Positions 17,937 through 26,713 of a stretch of 64,000 bases of DNA are shown piece by piece. The stretch spans positions 1 through 64,000 of IMG/VR virus record IMGVR_UViG_3300032301_000913, one strand, 5' to 3'. The notes under the pieces were generated by a model, which did no database searches, was not told the DNA's origin, and saw only the letters and a list, made by a program, of their open reading frames with translations. This DNA comes from a virus (lineage: Duplodnaviria; Caudoviricetes). Position 1 is the first letter of the stretch. Each line of letters starts with the position of its first letter. The translations under genes and the position numbers were made by a program.

Positions 17937-18494
17937 ATGAAGTCATATTCAGAGTTTATCGCCGAAGCAAGAAAAAAAGTTAGAGTTCTTCGCACGGCGC
18001 ATTATACTTCCCCCGAAAATAAAAAGAAAATAATGGATACAGGTTTTAAGGACTCACCTTCTTCGGGAACTTATCACCCTGATGATCGTAAGGGAATTGT
18101 TTATACCACACCATCATCCAGAGTTGGTAATGATTATGGAACAAGACCAGTAAGTCTTAGAATTGTAAATCCAAAAATTCATTCAACAGATTCTCCAAAA
18201 AATTATAGATCAAAACTTAAATCTTGGATGAGAGATGCATCTGATGAAGATTTAGTAAAAGATAAAAATAGACCAACAGATCCAAGAAAACAGTCAAAAT
18301 CTGCAATTGAATCTGGAAAGAAAATTGTAAGAGTTCCTGATGCTCACGAAAATCCGTTGAGAAAAGTTCCAAAAGGTTCTTATATTATGGTGGATAAAGA
18401 AGTTGCAAATAAGTCGATTGATAAGAATCCACAACCAACAATGAGAGCATCAGACAAACCAAAAAGAACAAGGATTGCACCTAAAAGAAAATGA
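17937..18494 (+). CDS. putative capsid-packaged ADP-ribosyltransferase-like protein
   Basis: N-terminus MKSYSEFIAE (T4 CTS-like); AHYTS...GF...IVYTT...YG; CATAAATA at 17907-17914. Confidence 0.6.
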   Translation: MKSYSEFIAEARKKVRVLRTAHYTSPENKKKIMDTGFKDSPSSGTYHPDDRKGIVYTTPSSRVGNDYGTRPVSLRIVNPKIHSTDSPKNYRSKLKSWMRDASDEDLVKDKNRPTDPRKQSKSAIESGKKIVRVPDAHENPLRKVPKGSYIMVDKEVANKSIDKNPQPTMRASDKPKRTRIAPKRK

Positions 18495-18946
18495 AGTCAT
18501 ATACTCAGTTCATCACCGAAGCAAATAAAAGAATTCATATGGTGAAATTACATCACGGTACATCAGCATCGAATGCTGAAAAGATTAACAAGTCTGGATT
18601 TAGTGGTGATGAGGTACATGCATCTACTTCATCTGATATTGCAAAATCATTTGGACAAAGAAAAGGTGAAGATACTCGTATCATAAGGATGAATGTACCA
18701 AAGAATAATGTTAAGTCTGATGCTCCTACAAAGGTACTGAAAACTCGGGGACAAAGAGGAACTGATAATTATGGAAGAGAACATTATTCAGTGATCATGA
18801 GTCCTGATTATGCAAGTAAAAAGATTTCTAAAGGAACACCAGTAATTCCTGCTCCAAGACTTGGGAAAGAATTTAAGAAGTACCAAGACAGAATGCCAAA
18901 AGCATTTCAGAAAAGAACCAAGACGCAACCAAAGAAGGACACTTGA
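18491..18946 (+). CDS. putative capsid-packaged ADP-ribosyltransferase-like protein
   Basis: N-terminus MKSYTQFITE; LHHGTS...INKSGF...VHASTS...AKSFG. Confidence 0.62.
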   Translation: MKSYTQFITEANKRIHMVKLHHGTSASNAEKINKSGFSGDEVHASTSSDIAKSFGQRKGEDTRIIRMNVPKNNVKSDAPTKVLKTRGQRGTDNYGREHYSVIMSPDYASKKISKGTPVIPAPRLGKEFKKYQDRMPKAFQKRTKTQPKKDT

Positions 18947-18994
18947 ACAACTGGCACAAGAGACCAACACACCATTCTCTTCTGCGCTTATAAT
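18936..18994 (+). promoter_or_regulatory. palindrome-type early promoter element
   Basis: aggacact-tgaaca-actggcac (18936-18957), 31 bp, TATAAT (18989-18994). Confidence 0.8.
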
Positions 18995-19028
18995 ACAAAG
19001 GTAATCAGCAAACTCTCAACCACTCATC

Positions 19029-19472
19029 ATGTTTGACACTGCATTTTTTGGTTATTCTGATCTTCCTGATTGTATTGAAATTGAAGGAAAATCTTATGTT
19101 CCGTTAAAAGCAATTCGTGTGAAATATCATGGAACTCATCCCAAAGAAACTCCGTTTGATGTTGAAAATTTAAAGATGCTTTGTAAAGTTTTAGGAATCG
19201 ACATTTATCGTCCTGTTAAGGGATTGTATTGTATTGAGAAACTTTATGCTAAGTTCTTTGATGCTTTGTATCATTTTTATTGTGAGAAAAAAACAGAACT
19301 GACGAAAACAAAAGAATATTTTCTTTGGGGTTGGGGAACAAAATACTATAATTATTATGGAGATTTGATGACTTGTGGTAATCATTATGGAAATTCCTTT
19401 TATCAAGTTCTAATTGCTAAAAATGAAATCAGTAATCTTTATGATAATTTTCTGAGGTGTACCAGTTCATGA
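19029..19472 (+). CDS. hypothetical protein (147 aa)
   Basis: ORF track; bracketed by two promoter elements. Confidence 0.75.
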   Translation: MFDTAFFGYSDLPDCIEIEGKSYVPLKAIRVKYHGTHPKETPFDVENLKMLCKVLGIDIYRPVKGLYCIEKLYAKFFDALYHFYCEKKTELTKTKEYFLWGWGTKYYNYYGDLMTCGNHYGNSFYQVLIAKNEISNLYDNFLRCTSS

Positions 19473-19517
19473 AGTGGCACAAGGACTCTTCATCCCGTAC
19501 CAGTTTGCCCTTATAAT
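19459..19517 (+). promoter_or_regulatory. palindrome-type early promoter element
   Basis: gtaccagt-tcatga-agtggcac (19459-19480), 31 bp, TATAAT (19512-19517). Confidence 0.8.
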
Positions 19518-19542
19518 ACAAAGGTAATCAACGAAACCACCC

Positions 19543-19773
19543 ATGACCAAGGAAGAACTCAACCACTTTATTGATTATGTGATGTCATTCTATGGTCCTG
19601 GTAAATTGTATCCTATCACTGGTATCAATCGCACGATTGCTCGCAAAGCAACCAGTGATGTGATGCGAATTTCCAAGATCAAAGGCGAACCTTTTTTTGG
19701 TGACAGTTATGATCGTGAGCAAGTAAGAGACCTTATGTGTGACAAGTACAACCTTTCTCCCACTAAATCATGA
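19543..19773 (+). CDS. hypothetical phage protein
   Basis: ORF track. Confidence 0.7.
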   Translation: MTKEELNHFIDYVMSFYGPGKLYPITGINRTIARKATSDVMRISKIKGEPFFGDSYDREQVRDLMCDKYNLSPTKS

Positions 19774-19982
19774 TTACCGACACCGTTCAAGACAAAAGAA
19801 CTCGCCGCTTGGTTCAAAAATCGGTTGAAGACATGTCTCTTCGACTCTTGCAACGTATCGCCTATGAATGCCGATGTGAAGAACTTGGTATTCATCCTGA
19901 CTCCTGGAAACTTTATCTTGAGGATTCATCAAATGACTGACAAAGAACTCCAATCACCAAACATCACTGAAATCACACTACT

Positions 19983-20351
19983 ATGAATCTGACACAAATT
20001 CACCCAGCAATTGCCCTTCAATTTGGTTATGATCTTGATGCTTTGAATGATTCTGAAAAAGTTACTGTTGTTCGTCGCCGTGTTGTTTATGAAGAACTGG
20101 TGATGAGCAAAGATGAGTTTGATAAAATGAATTGTAGTATTAATAATCGTGATCAAGAGTCTTGTGAGTATGAGTTTTATCTGTCAGAGTTAAAAATGGA
20201 TGATATTGGTCTTCCAGACTTTACGGAGTATGAAACTTTATATACGGCATTTCCTGGCGATGTGACTTCTTGTACTGATGATGCGATTGCATTTATGTTT
20301 AAGAATAAGGAATGGACCGATTCTTATGAACCTGTAACTCTTGCATCATGA
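19983..20351 (+). CDS. hypothetical acidic protein
   Basis: ORF track. Confidence 0.7.
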   Translation: MNLTQIHPAIALQFGYDLDALNDSEKVTVVRRRVVYEELVMSKDEFDKMNCSINNRDQESCEYEFYLSELKMDDIGLPDFTEYETLYTAFPGDVTSCTDDAIAFMFKNKEWTDSYEPVTLAS

Positions 20352-20593
20352 AACAAATGAATCTCTACATTATGAATGATGTTCTTTACAACTACACACC
20401 AGGCATGTGTGTAGTCGTTGCCGAATCACTTTCCCAGTGCAAAACTCTCTTTATGAAAGAGTTTGGATCCAAATGTGATTCTGAATGGATCAATCAGAAT
20501 AGACAAAAAGAGTTTGATAATGCAAGCATCAAGGTGATTGAAGGTGTAAATCATCCTGCTGGTGTTGTGGATTATGTGTATGGTGGAGGTTGA
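20348..20593 (+). CDS. hypothetical phage protein
   Basis: ORF track; ATGA coupling. Confidence 0.7.
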   Translation: MKQMNLYIMNDVLYNYTPGMCVVVAESLSQCKTLFMKEFGSKCDSEWINQNRQKEFDNASIKVIEGVNHPAGVVDYVYGGG

Positions 20594-20594
20594 A

Positions 20595-20762
20595 ATGAAA
20601 CAACTGACACTTTATGATGAAGTAAACATGGACGGTAAAGATTGTGAGATGTGTGATGATGGAACATATCAAACCACAGATTTGAATGATGAAATTCATG
20701 TTGAACTTCATTGTAACAAATGTGGACACTATACCAGATTATGGAGAGAGGTTTGGCCATGA
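20595..20762 (+). CDS. small CxxC...CxxC zinc-ribbon protein
   Basis: CEMC...CNKC. Confidence 0.6.
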   Translation: MKQLTLYDEVNMDGKDCEMCDDGTYQTTDLNDEIHVELHCNKCGHYTRLWREVWP

Positions 20763-20965
20763 TTATTCAAATTGTAAGGTGGGAGAAACCAGGACCCACA
20801 CTTAAACTTAAAATCTATCGGTTCATTCAACCTTATGCTAAACTGCTAGATGCACTCATTTCGATTGTAACTCTTTCACAGGTGATTAGTAACTTTGAAC
20901 TTGAGATTACCGAAAAGAGTGTGAACGCTTGGTTCAAATATCTAATTGCACAAAAGAACAAATGA
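20759..20965 (+). CDS. hypothetical protein
   Basis: ORF track; ATGA start. Confidence 0.55.
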   Translation: MIIQIVRWEKPGPTLKLKIYRFIQPYAKLLDALISIVTLSQVISNFELEITEKSVNAWFKYLIAQKNK

Positions 20966-21162
20966 CTCAAGAACAACTGATTCGCAGTATTGAACAACTG
21001 CTTGAGAATCTAATGACTATTGATGAGGATCTTGCTTATGAGTATGAGTGTGAGTTGTATTATGATTGTAATGATGATGAAGAACCAGTTCCGATTGTAG
21101 AAAACTTTACTCCTGAACTTCTTGCCGAATTGGAGAAAGTTGTTTATGGTAATGAGGTTTAG
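20962..21162 (+). CDS. hypothetical acidic protein
   Basis: ORF track; ATGA start. Confidence 0.6.
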   Translation: MTQEQLIRSIEQLLENLMTIDEDLAYEYECELYYDCNDDEEPVPIVENFTPELLAELEKVVYGNEV

Positions 21163-21319
21163 TGATGATTCTACCACTGTGCTTTTGGACTGAAGAAGAA
21201 CTACAATCAATTCCATCAGAAGATCTGTGGTGTGAGATTGCCGACGCCATGTTCTGTTCATCACCAGAGGTTGATGCTTATGTTCAATTACTCAACACTG
21301 AATTAAAAGGAAGAAACTC

Positions 21320-21613
21320 ATGAAAACCTATCAATTTGATTTGTTTGATGGATCCCCTGATTTGAATGAACAGGAACATACATTTATCAATCTTTGCCAT
21401 AATCATCCAACTCTTCAATTTGCACGACAAAACTATGTGAATAAGAGATTTAATAATAAATTCTTCTCTCTTTATGAAGGTTGTCATGTTGTAGGATTTA
21501 CTCTGAATAGAACTAAAACAAAAGTCATTCGAATCTTTTTTAATAAAGGTAATACTCCAGAAGGAGATCGTGTTGTTGAGAGCGTAAAGTATCCAATTCA
21601 ATTATCATCATAA
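21320..21613 (+). CDS. hypothetical protein
   Basis: ORF track. Confidence 0.65.
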   Translation: MKTYQFDLFDGSPDLNEQEHTFINLCHNHPTLQFARQNYVNKRFNNKFFSLYEGCHVVGFTLNRTKTKVIRIFFNKGNTPEGDRVVESVKYPIQLSS

Positions 21614-21637
21614 ATTACTTCAAAAGGTACAATTTCC

Positions 21638-22048
21638 ATGAAACTTAAACTAATCGCTTACAAAACTGAATATGGTATTTGGGCATTCGATCATGAACAT
21701 CAGAATACAGTCGCAGAAGCACTGTGTAATGGTACTGAAACTGTGATTGATTGGTATTTTGAAATAGTAAATGGTATTAAACCAGTATCTGGTGATAAGA
21801 TTAATTTTTATCTTGATACTGATTCATTTGATGGTGCGATCACTGACATTAAATTGATTGAGACTGATCAGTCTGGTTCATATTATAAGGATAAACTGAG
21901 TTCAATGAAACTGTGGTTGTGTCCATGGTTACAAGGATACTTTGGTAGTGTTCCAGAAAAGATCTATGTTTATTGTGAAAAGCATGAAGAACCTGTAATT
22001 GATCCTGAGTTTGAGGCCTTACTTGACGAACTGATTGATAATAAATAA
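21638..22048 (+). CDS. conserved hypothetical protein (DUF6717-like)
   Basis: WAFD...G...WLCP...YF...PEKIYV pattern, recalled rather than searched. Confidence 0.6.
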   Translation: MKLKLIAYKTEYGIWAFDHEHQNTVAEALCNGTETVIDWYFEIVNGIKPVSGDKINFYLDTDSFDGAITDIKLIETDQSGSYYKDKLSSMKLWLCPWLQGYFGSVPEKIYVYCEKHEEPVIDPEFEALLDELIDNK

Positions 22049-22073
22049 GATTATGTAAATAAAAAAGACGGGA

Positions 22074-22823
22074 ATGAAAACATATTCTCAATTCATATCT
22101 GATCTTCAGGAGCGATATTATAAACCAGATGAGAAGTTACCATCAGGAAAGACTCCAGTTGAAAAAGCAACGAGGAAGAGTCGTAGTAGATCAAAAACAA
22201 TAGGATCTGAATCTCCAGAAAATCAAGAGCGTTGGGGAAAACAATATGATCTGACACAAACCAAAGTTAAACATGGTGCCGATAATCCAGAACCTAATGC
22301 TAGAGTTTCTTTTAAAGATAAGGATGATGTAAAAGTATCATCTTCTAGAGATGAATTAGATGTATATCATAAACCATCAGGTGTTTATTATTCAGTTCGT
22401 AAGTCTGAAGAGTCTCCATATGATGGCGTTCGAACTATTGAATGGAATCATGATAAGCAAAGACAAAAAAATAAACTTTCACCACTTGAAAGAGTAAGAA
22501 TTGCGAGAGATGCACAGAAAGTTTGGGATCAACATGTTTCCCCAAGATTACCAAATAACTCAATCGTTCATAATACTCCTGCTACTTCATATGATGATAG
22601 AGGTAATGCTAAACCAGTGAATCGTAGAGCAGAATTGTATAAGAGAGCAGGTTTTGGAGAAACAGATAATGAAGGAGATCAGTTTGCTCAAGTAGGAAGA
22701 GAACCATCACCAAAACAAAAGGCAACAGGAAAAACAAGACTTAAACCATTAGATCCAAGAAAGGCAAAGGATTATATTGAATGGGATAGAGATGAGGATG
22801 ATAATTGGGAGATGAGAGATTAA
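22074..22823 (+). CDS. putative capsid-packaged protein with GNAT-like C-terminal motif
   Basis: N-terminus MKTYSQFISDLQE; NRRAELYKRAGFG; AATAAATA 22040-22047. Confidence 0.6.
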   Translation: MKTYSQFISDLQERYYKPDEKLPSGKTPVEKATRKSRSRSKTIGSESPENQERWGKQYDLTQTKVKHGADNPEPNARVSFKDKDDVKVSSSRDELDVYHKPSGVYYSVRKSEESPYDGVRTIEWNHDKQRQKNKLSPLERVRIARDAQKVWDQHVSPRLPNNSIVHNTPATSYDDRGNAKPVNRRAELYKRAGFGETDNEGDQFAQVGREPSPKQKATGKTRLKPLDPRKAKDYIEWDRDEDDNWEMRD

Positions 22824-23137
22824 AACTGATTTCAATGAAGAATTAGGAATAGAACTATCACCAGTATCACAAGTAATACGATACCACCTAGATCAATACC
22901 AGTACTTCGACTACCACAGTTATAACACATGTTTTGTGGTCTTTTAGTAATACGACTCATGATTATTGTTACTTTTGTTAAATTAATGTTAATTAAATAA
23001 ATGTATTAAAAAACATATAGTGCTATTTTGTTTAGTTGTGGAAAAACTGTGGAAAACTATTGTATTTTGTATCTTATAATACCTTATAATGCTCTTCAAT
23101 GCCTTATAAGTGGTCAGTTCTTTATGCAAGTTAAGGC

Positions 23138-23166
23138 AGTTTAGCATAAGACGCGCAGTTTGTCAA
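23138..23166 (-). promoter_or_regulatory. counter-oriented sigma70 promoter
   Basis: Minus strand TTGACA, 17 bp, TAAACT with TGn extension; no ORF downstream. Confidence 0.6.
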
Positions 23167-23330
23167 GCCCCCACCCCCCGCAAACGCCCAAAAGACCCAT
23201 AAGATCTCCTTATGCTTCATTATATTACGATTTCTTATGAGATCTCGTCGAGAATCATGCAAAAGCACATAAATCTCGACTAGATTGCATATATACCTAT
23301 CATGATTCTCGACGAGATCAGGCATCATAC

Positions 23331-23359
23331 TTGCATCTCGTCGAGAATCATGCTATAAT
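23331..23359 (+). promoter_or_regulatory. sigma70 promoter with CTCGTCGAG palindrome in the spacer
   Basis: TTGCAT-ctcgtcgagaatcatgc(17)-TATAAT. Confidence 0.7.
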
Positions 23360-23390
23360 CACACAGTAAGCACAAGGATCTCGACGAGTT

Positions 23391-23528
23391 ATGTACGACG
23401 ACTACGAATTCGACTACACGGACAATGATTATGGGCGAGATCTTGGTGATTATGCACAGGATCTCGATGAGGATTATGCACGAGACGGGCATGATTATGA
23501 AGTGCTTGCATATAAGCATTATGCATGA
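23391..23528 (+). CDS. acidic Asp/Tyr-rich peptide (45 aa)
   Basis: MYDDYEFDYTDNDYGRDLGDYAQDLDEDYARDGHDYEVLAYKHYA, read manually. Confidence 0.55.
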   Translation: MYDDYEFDYTDNDYGRDLGDYAQDLDEDYARDGHDYEVLAYKHYA

Positions 23529-23813
23529 TATGATCTAGTACACAATGCACGAGAATCACATGTTAGCACAGAAGCGTATGGTACGTGTCACATTAGATAT
23601 CATGTGTTATGATGATCTGAATGTGGAGGATATGGACTGGAGAGACATGCTAGACCTGCAGGGGGATGAGGAAGTGCATGTTAGCACAAAGGATTATGTT
23701 GATCTGTTCTAGTGTGACACTCTAAGAACTGCCTGTGGAAAACTTTTTTTCCACAGGTTGTTTGCTATCTACTAGGTCTATTGCCTGTGGAAAAAAAGTT
23801 TTCCACAGGTTCT

Positions 23814-23872
23814 GTGCCAATTATGAGACTGTCCACTACCTATTGACCTATCTGGTTCTGATGCCTTATGTT
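23814..23872 (+). promoter_or_regulatory. palindrome-type early promoter element
   Basis: gtgccaat-tatgag-actgtcca (23814-23835), 31 bp, TATGTT. Confidence 0.65.
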
Positions 23873-23914
23873 GTGTTCGTGGTTGAGAGACCACCTACCA
23901 CTTACACAAACCAC

Positions 23915-24076
23915 ATGGAACTGATCAACCGATCTGACTACAGTGCTCTTGACACCATTGCTATGATTCTCAAAACCTATGGGGACAACTTCCCTGGTCT
24001 GTCTGAGGAGGAGAATTCTCTGTGGGTAATTGGGATGATTCGCCATGAGGTTGAGCAAACTGGTAGGACACTCTGA
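23915..24076 (+). CDS. hypothetical protein
   Basis: ATG after C/A-rich leader; 3' part of track ORF 23735..24076. Confidence 0.55.
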   Translation: MELINRSDYSALDTIAMILKTYGDNFPGLSEEENSLWVIGMIRHEVEQTGRTL

Positions 24077-24124
24077 CAACTGGCACAATGGGGGTTGCGC
24101 AACACCGTGACCCCGTGCCATACT
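24065..24124 (+). promoter_or_regulatory. palindrome-type early promoter element
   Basis: aggacact-ctgaca-actggcac (24065-24086), CATACT (24119-24124). Confidence 0.75.
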
Positions 24125-24157
24125 GAACTCGTTCAACACACACCACCTGAACACACC

Positions 24158-24325
24158 ATGAGCATCTACACTGAGAACGGTTACGCCAACCGCAAGGAGT
24201 ACCTGAAGGAACTTGCCGATGAGTATGGCAAGGATCTGGTGCATACTCTGACCAGTGTTCTTCCTGCATCAGAAGACTTCGATGGTCTTGTGACTGCACT
24301 GGAAGATGCGATGGACGGTTACTAA
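24158..24325 (+). CDS. hypothetical phage protein
   Basis: MSIYTENGYANRKEYLKELADEYG; ATG after leader. Confidence 0.65.
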   Translation: MSIYTENGYANRKEYLKELADEYGKDLVHTLTSVLPASEDFDGLVTALEDAMDGY

Positions 24326-24399
24326 ACTGTCCACTGGGGGGTTGCAAAATCCCCCAATCCATGTCATACTGAACTCGTTCACCACACCCCCACCACATC

Positions 24400-24867
24400 A
24401 TGGGAACTCGCTCACGCATCGGTTATGAACTTACTAACCATTCTGTGGTTAGTGTCTACTGCCACTGGGATGGTTATGTAGAGCACAACGGCAAAATCCT
24501 GGTAGAACACTATCAGAACCGGGATGATGTGCAAGAATTGATTGATGGCGGTTCGATGTCATGTCTTCGGACTCGCAACACATGGGAATCAAATACTTCT
24601 CTGCGTGATGAACGTGGAGAGTATATTACAGATTGTGAGGGTAATATCATGTCTGAGAATGATCGTGAACCTCAACCACTGTATCACACAGAGCGTGGTG
24701 AGGATATTAACGTAGAGCACACCAGTTTCGATAAGTTTGTCTCTGGTGATCTTGGTGGGGAAGAGTATGCTTACCTGTTTGATCTCAATGATAACTGGAA
24801 AGCATACAAGATCAACTGGAAAGGTCCAGTGGATCGTGTCGAAATCCCCAACTATGTGACAGCATAG
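24400..24867 (+). CDS. conserved phage early protein, MGTRSRIG/YCHWDGY family
   Basis: Motifs MGTRSRIG, YCHWDGY, EEYAYLF. Confidence 0.8.
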   Translation: MGTRSRIGYELTNHSVVSVYCHWDGYVEHNGKILVEHYQNRDDVQELIDGGSMSCLRTRNTWESNTSLRDERGEYITDCEGNIMSENDREPQPLYHTERGEDINVEHTSFDKFVSGDLGGEEYAYLFDLNDNWKAYKINWKGPVDRVEIPNYVTA

Positions 24868-25457
24868 GAACTGGCACAAGAGGGCACTAGGATCGCCTCC
24901 AGTGCCCTTATACTAGACAAGTCAACCACACACACATCAACCAACCCGACACCTCTCATGTCCTTCACCCAATTTGTTTCCACTGCTACTCTGACTGTGG
25001 TGGATGATTTCAATTTGCTATCTTATCTGGATGCACTCTCTGAGCGTTGCGTGAAAGAAGAAAACTTCCTGTTTGAAGAGTATGGTGAAATTGATGGTAA
25101 GGTTGACATAGAGTTCGGTGAGTATGTTCGTCAAGTCGGCAGCAACATTCTGATTGAATGTGACACTGAAGAATCTAATGGTAACAGTGAAGTCTATGAT
25201 TGGTTGATTGACCAATTCCTGCCTGTTATGACTTCGGAGTTTGCTGAAATTAAATCCGCATCGGTTGATAGTCGTTCTGGTGTGGATGTGAACGTAGAAT
25301 TTTACACTAAGGATAGAAAGTGTATCAGCACTGATGACATCAGAAACATTCTGAAACAGTATATCAAGATGTTTGCTTGACCACTTTCTGAACTGGCACA
25401 AGAGGGCACTAGGATCGCCTCCAGTGCCCTTATACTAGACAAGTCAACCACACACAC
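24868..25457 (+). repeat. 68-bp perfect direct repeat (24868-24935, 25390-25457) flanking ORF 24958..25380
   Basis: gaactggcacaagagggcactaggatcgcctccagtgcccttatactagacaagtcaaccacacacac occurs twice. Confidence 0.95.
24958..25380 (+). CDS. hypothetical acidic protein
   Basis: ORF track. Confidence 0.75.
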   Translation: MSFTQFVSTATLTVVDDFNLLSYLDALSERCVKEENFLFEEYGEIDGKVDIEFGEYVRQVGSNILIECDTEESNGNSEVYDWLIDQFLPVMTSEFAEIKSASVDSRSGVDVNVEFYTKDRKCISTDDIRNILKQYIKMFA

Positions 25458-25767
25458 CTAAACCACATGGAAGACACTCTCTGGTCCGAAATCGCTGATG
25501 CTCCTGGTGAAATCTTCGACATCCCTGAAGACTTTGATCGTAGCAAGTTTTATGATCCTGATGAGCAACTAGAGCAATCCTTTGAATCTAAACTCAACTC
25601 TAACTTCGACTTCTGATGGAAACTATCACCAGCATCAAAGACTTCTTCACTGAGCAACAGTGGGATCTTATCTACAACTTCGTAGGTAATGCTCTGGATG
25701 ATGATGAATTCAATCCAGATGATGTCTATGCAATCCGCAACAAAATCCACTCACTCTACGAAGATTC

Positions 25768-26013
25768 ATGAACCGCACACTACAACAACTCAAAGAGACC
25801 GTAGAGCGTCTCATTGAACAACAAGGTCCAGACGCATCTTGTGCTGCGTTCATCTTCACTAAGGAGGATGTATTTGAGATGGATGATGATGGTAATGAGG
25901 TCCATTGTGATGCAAAAATTACTAACAAAGTCCTTAATGATTTGGACGAAACTGATTACATTTTAGAAAAAGCATTCGATTGTATCGAGGATTTTATTAA
26001 AGAATATGCCTGA
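25768..26013 (+). CDS. hypothetical protein
   Basis: ORF track. Confidence 0.7.
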   Translation: MNRTLQQLKETVERLIEQQGPDASCAAFIFTKEDVFEMDDDGNEVHCDAKITNKVLNDLDETDYILEKAFDCIEDFIKEYA

Positions 26014-26294
26014 CACTTACACTTTCACTGGCGACGCTGTGACAGTTCTAGGACTGGTCGGTGTCATCTCCACCGGCATCATCCTGGTGCTATGCTTCAC
26101 TCGTTACTTCAATTCTCCCCTAAGGAAATGAATCCCAAACTTGAAATGTTGAGTGCTCGTGAACAACTTATGAGCGACATTGAATGTATCGTTGAATCGT
26201 TGTTTTGGGATACCTGGGGTGATGAATACGTTAATACACAGAATGAATTGATAAAAACTCTGTGTGATTCTGTTTGTGCTAACTTTCCCTCTAA

Positions 26295-26537
26295 TTGATG
26301 ATGGCAACCCTCACTCTCCAAGTTACTGAAGTTCAGTTTGATTTTGATGACTTAGACTTCGGACCCGAAGAACAACAAGCAGTTCTGGATGATGTGCTTG
26401 GTAATGTCTTTGAAGTGGAAGTTCTCAATCCAAATGATGATGATGAGATAGCAGATGTTATAGTTGAAGAGGTGACAGATTATGCCGGTTGGTGTGTCTG
26501 TTCTCTGGATTTCGTTCACGTTCTCAACACTCACTAA
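26295..26537 (+). CDS. hypothetical acidic protein
   Basis: ORF track. Confidence 0.7.
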   Translation: MMMATLTLQVTEVQFDFDDLDFGPEEQQAVLDDVLGNVFEVEVLNPNDDDEIADVIVEEVTDYAGWCVCSLDFVHVLNTH

Positions 26538-26713
26538 TGACTTACAGCGTAGCACCAAACTTCAACTCTGAACGTGAAGAGTTATTGTATGAATCCTGCC
26601 TCAAAGATCCCGACCTATTGGCAACAGTAATCACCGAGTACATTACTCGGTTGAGTGATACTGACCTGACTGAACTTGACGACTTTCTTACCAACAACTT
26701 CGGAGACAACTAA
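26537..26713 (+). CDS. hypothetical protein
   Basis: TAATG coupling. Confidence 0.6.
   Translation: MTYSVAPNFNSEREELLYESCLKDPDLLATVITEYITRLSDTDLTELDDFLTNNFGDN

Larger units (their letters stand above)
22830..23810. other. candidate replication-origin region
   Basis: AT-rich tract; six TTTTCCACA 9-mers (both strands); counter-oriented promoter; palindrome clusters. Confidence 0.45.

Noticed and set aside
23840-24419. Long overlapping ORFs 23840..24244 (-) and 23970..24419 (+)
   Set aside because: Shadow frames crossing promoter elements, with no leader; shorter genes explain the region.
24868-25457. Dispersed promoter repeats as a mini-CRISPR or DGR template/variable pair
   Set aside because: The intervening DNA is whole ORFs; differences are not adenine-specific; no reverse transcriptase in the window.
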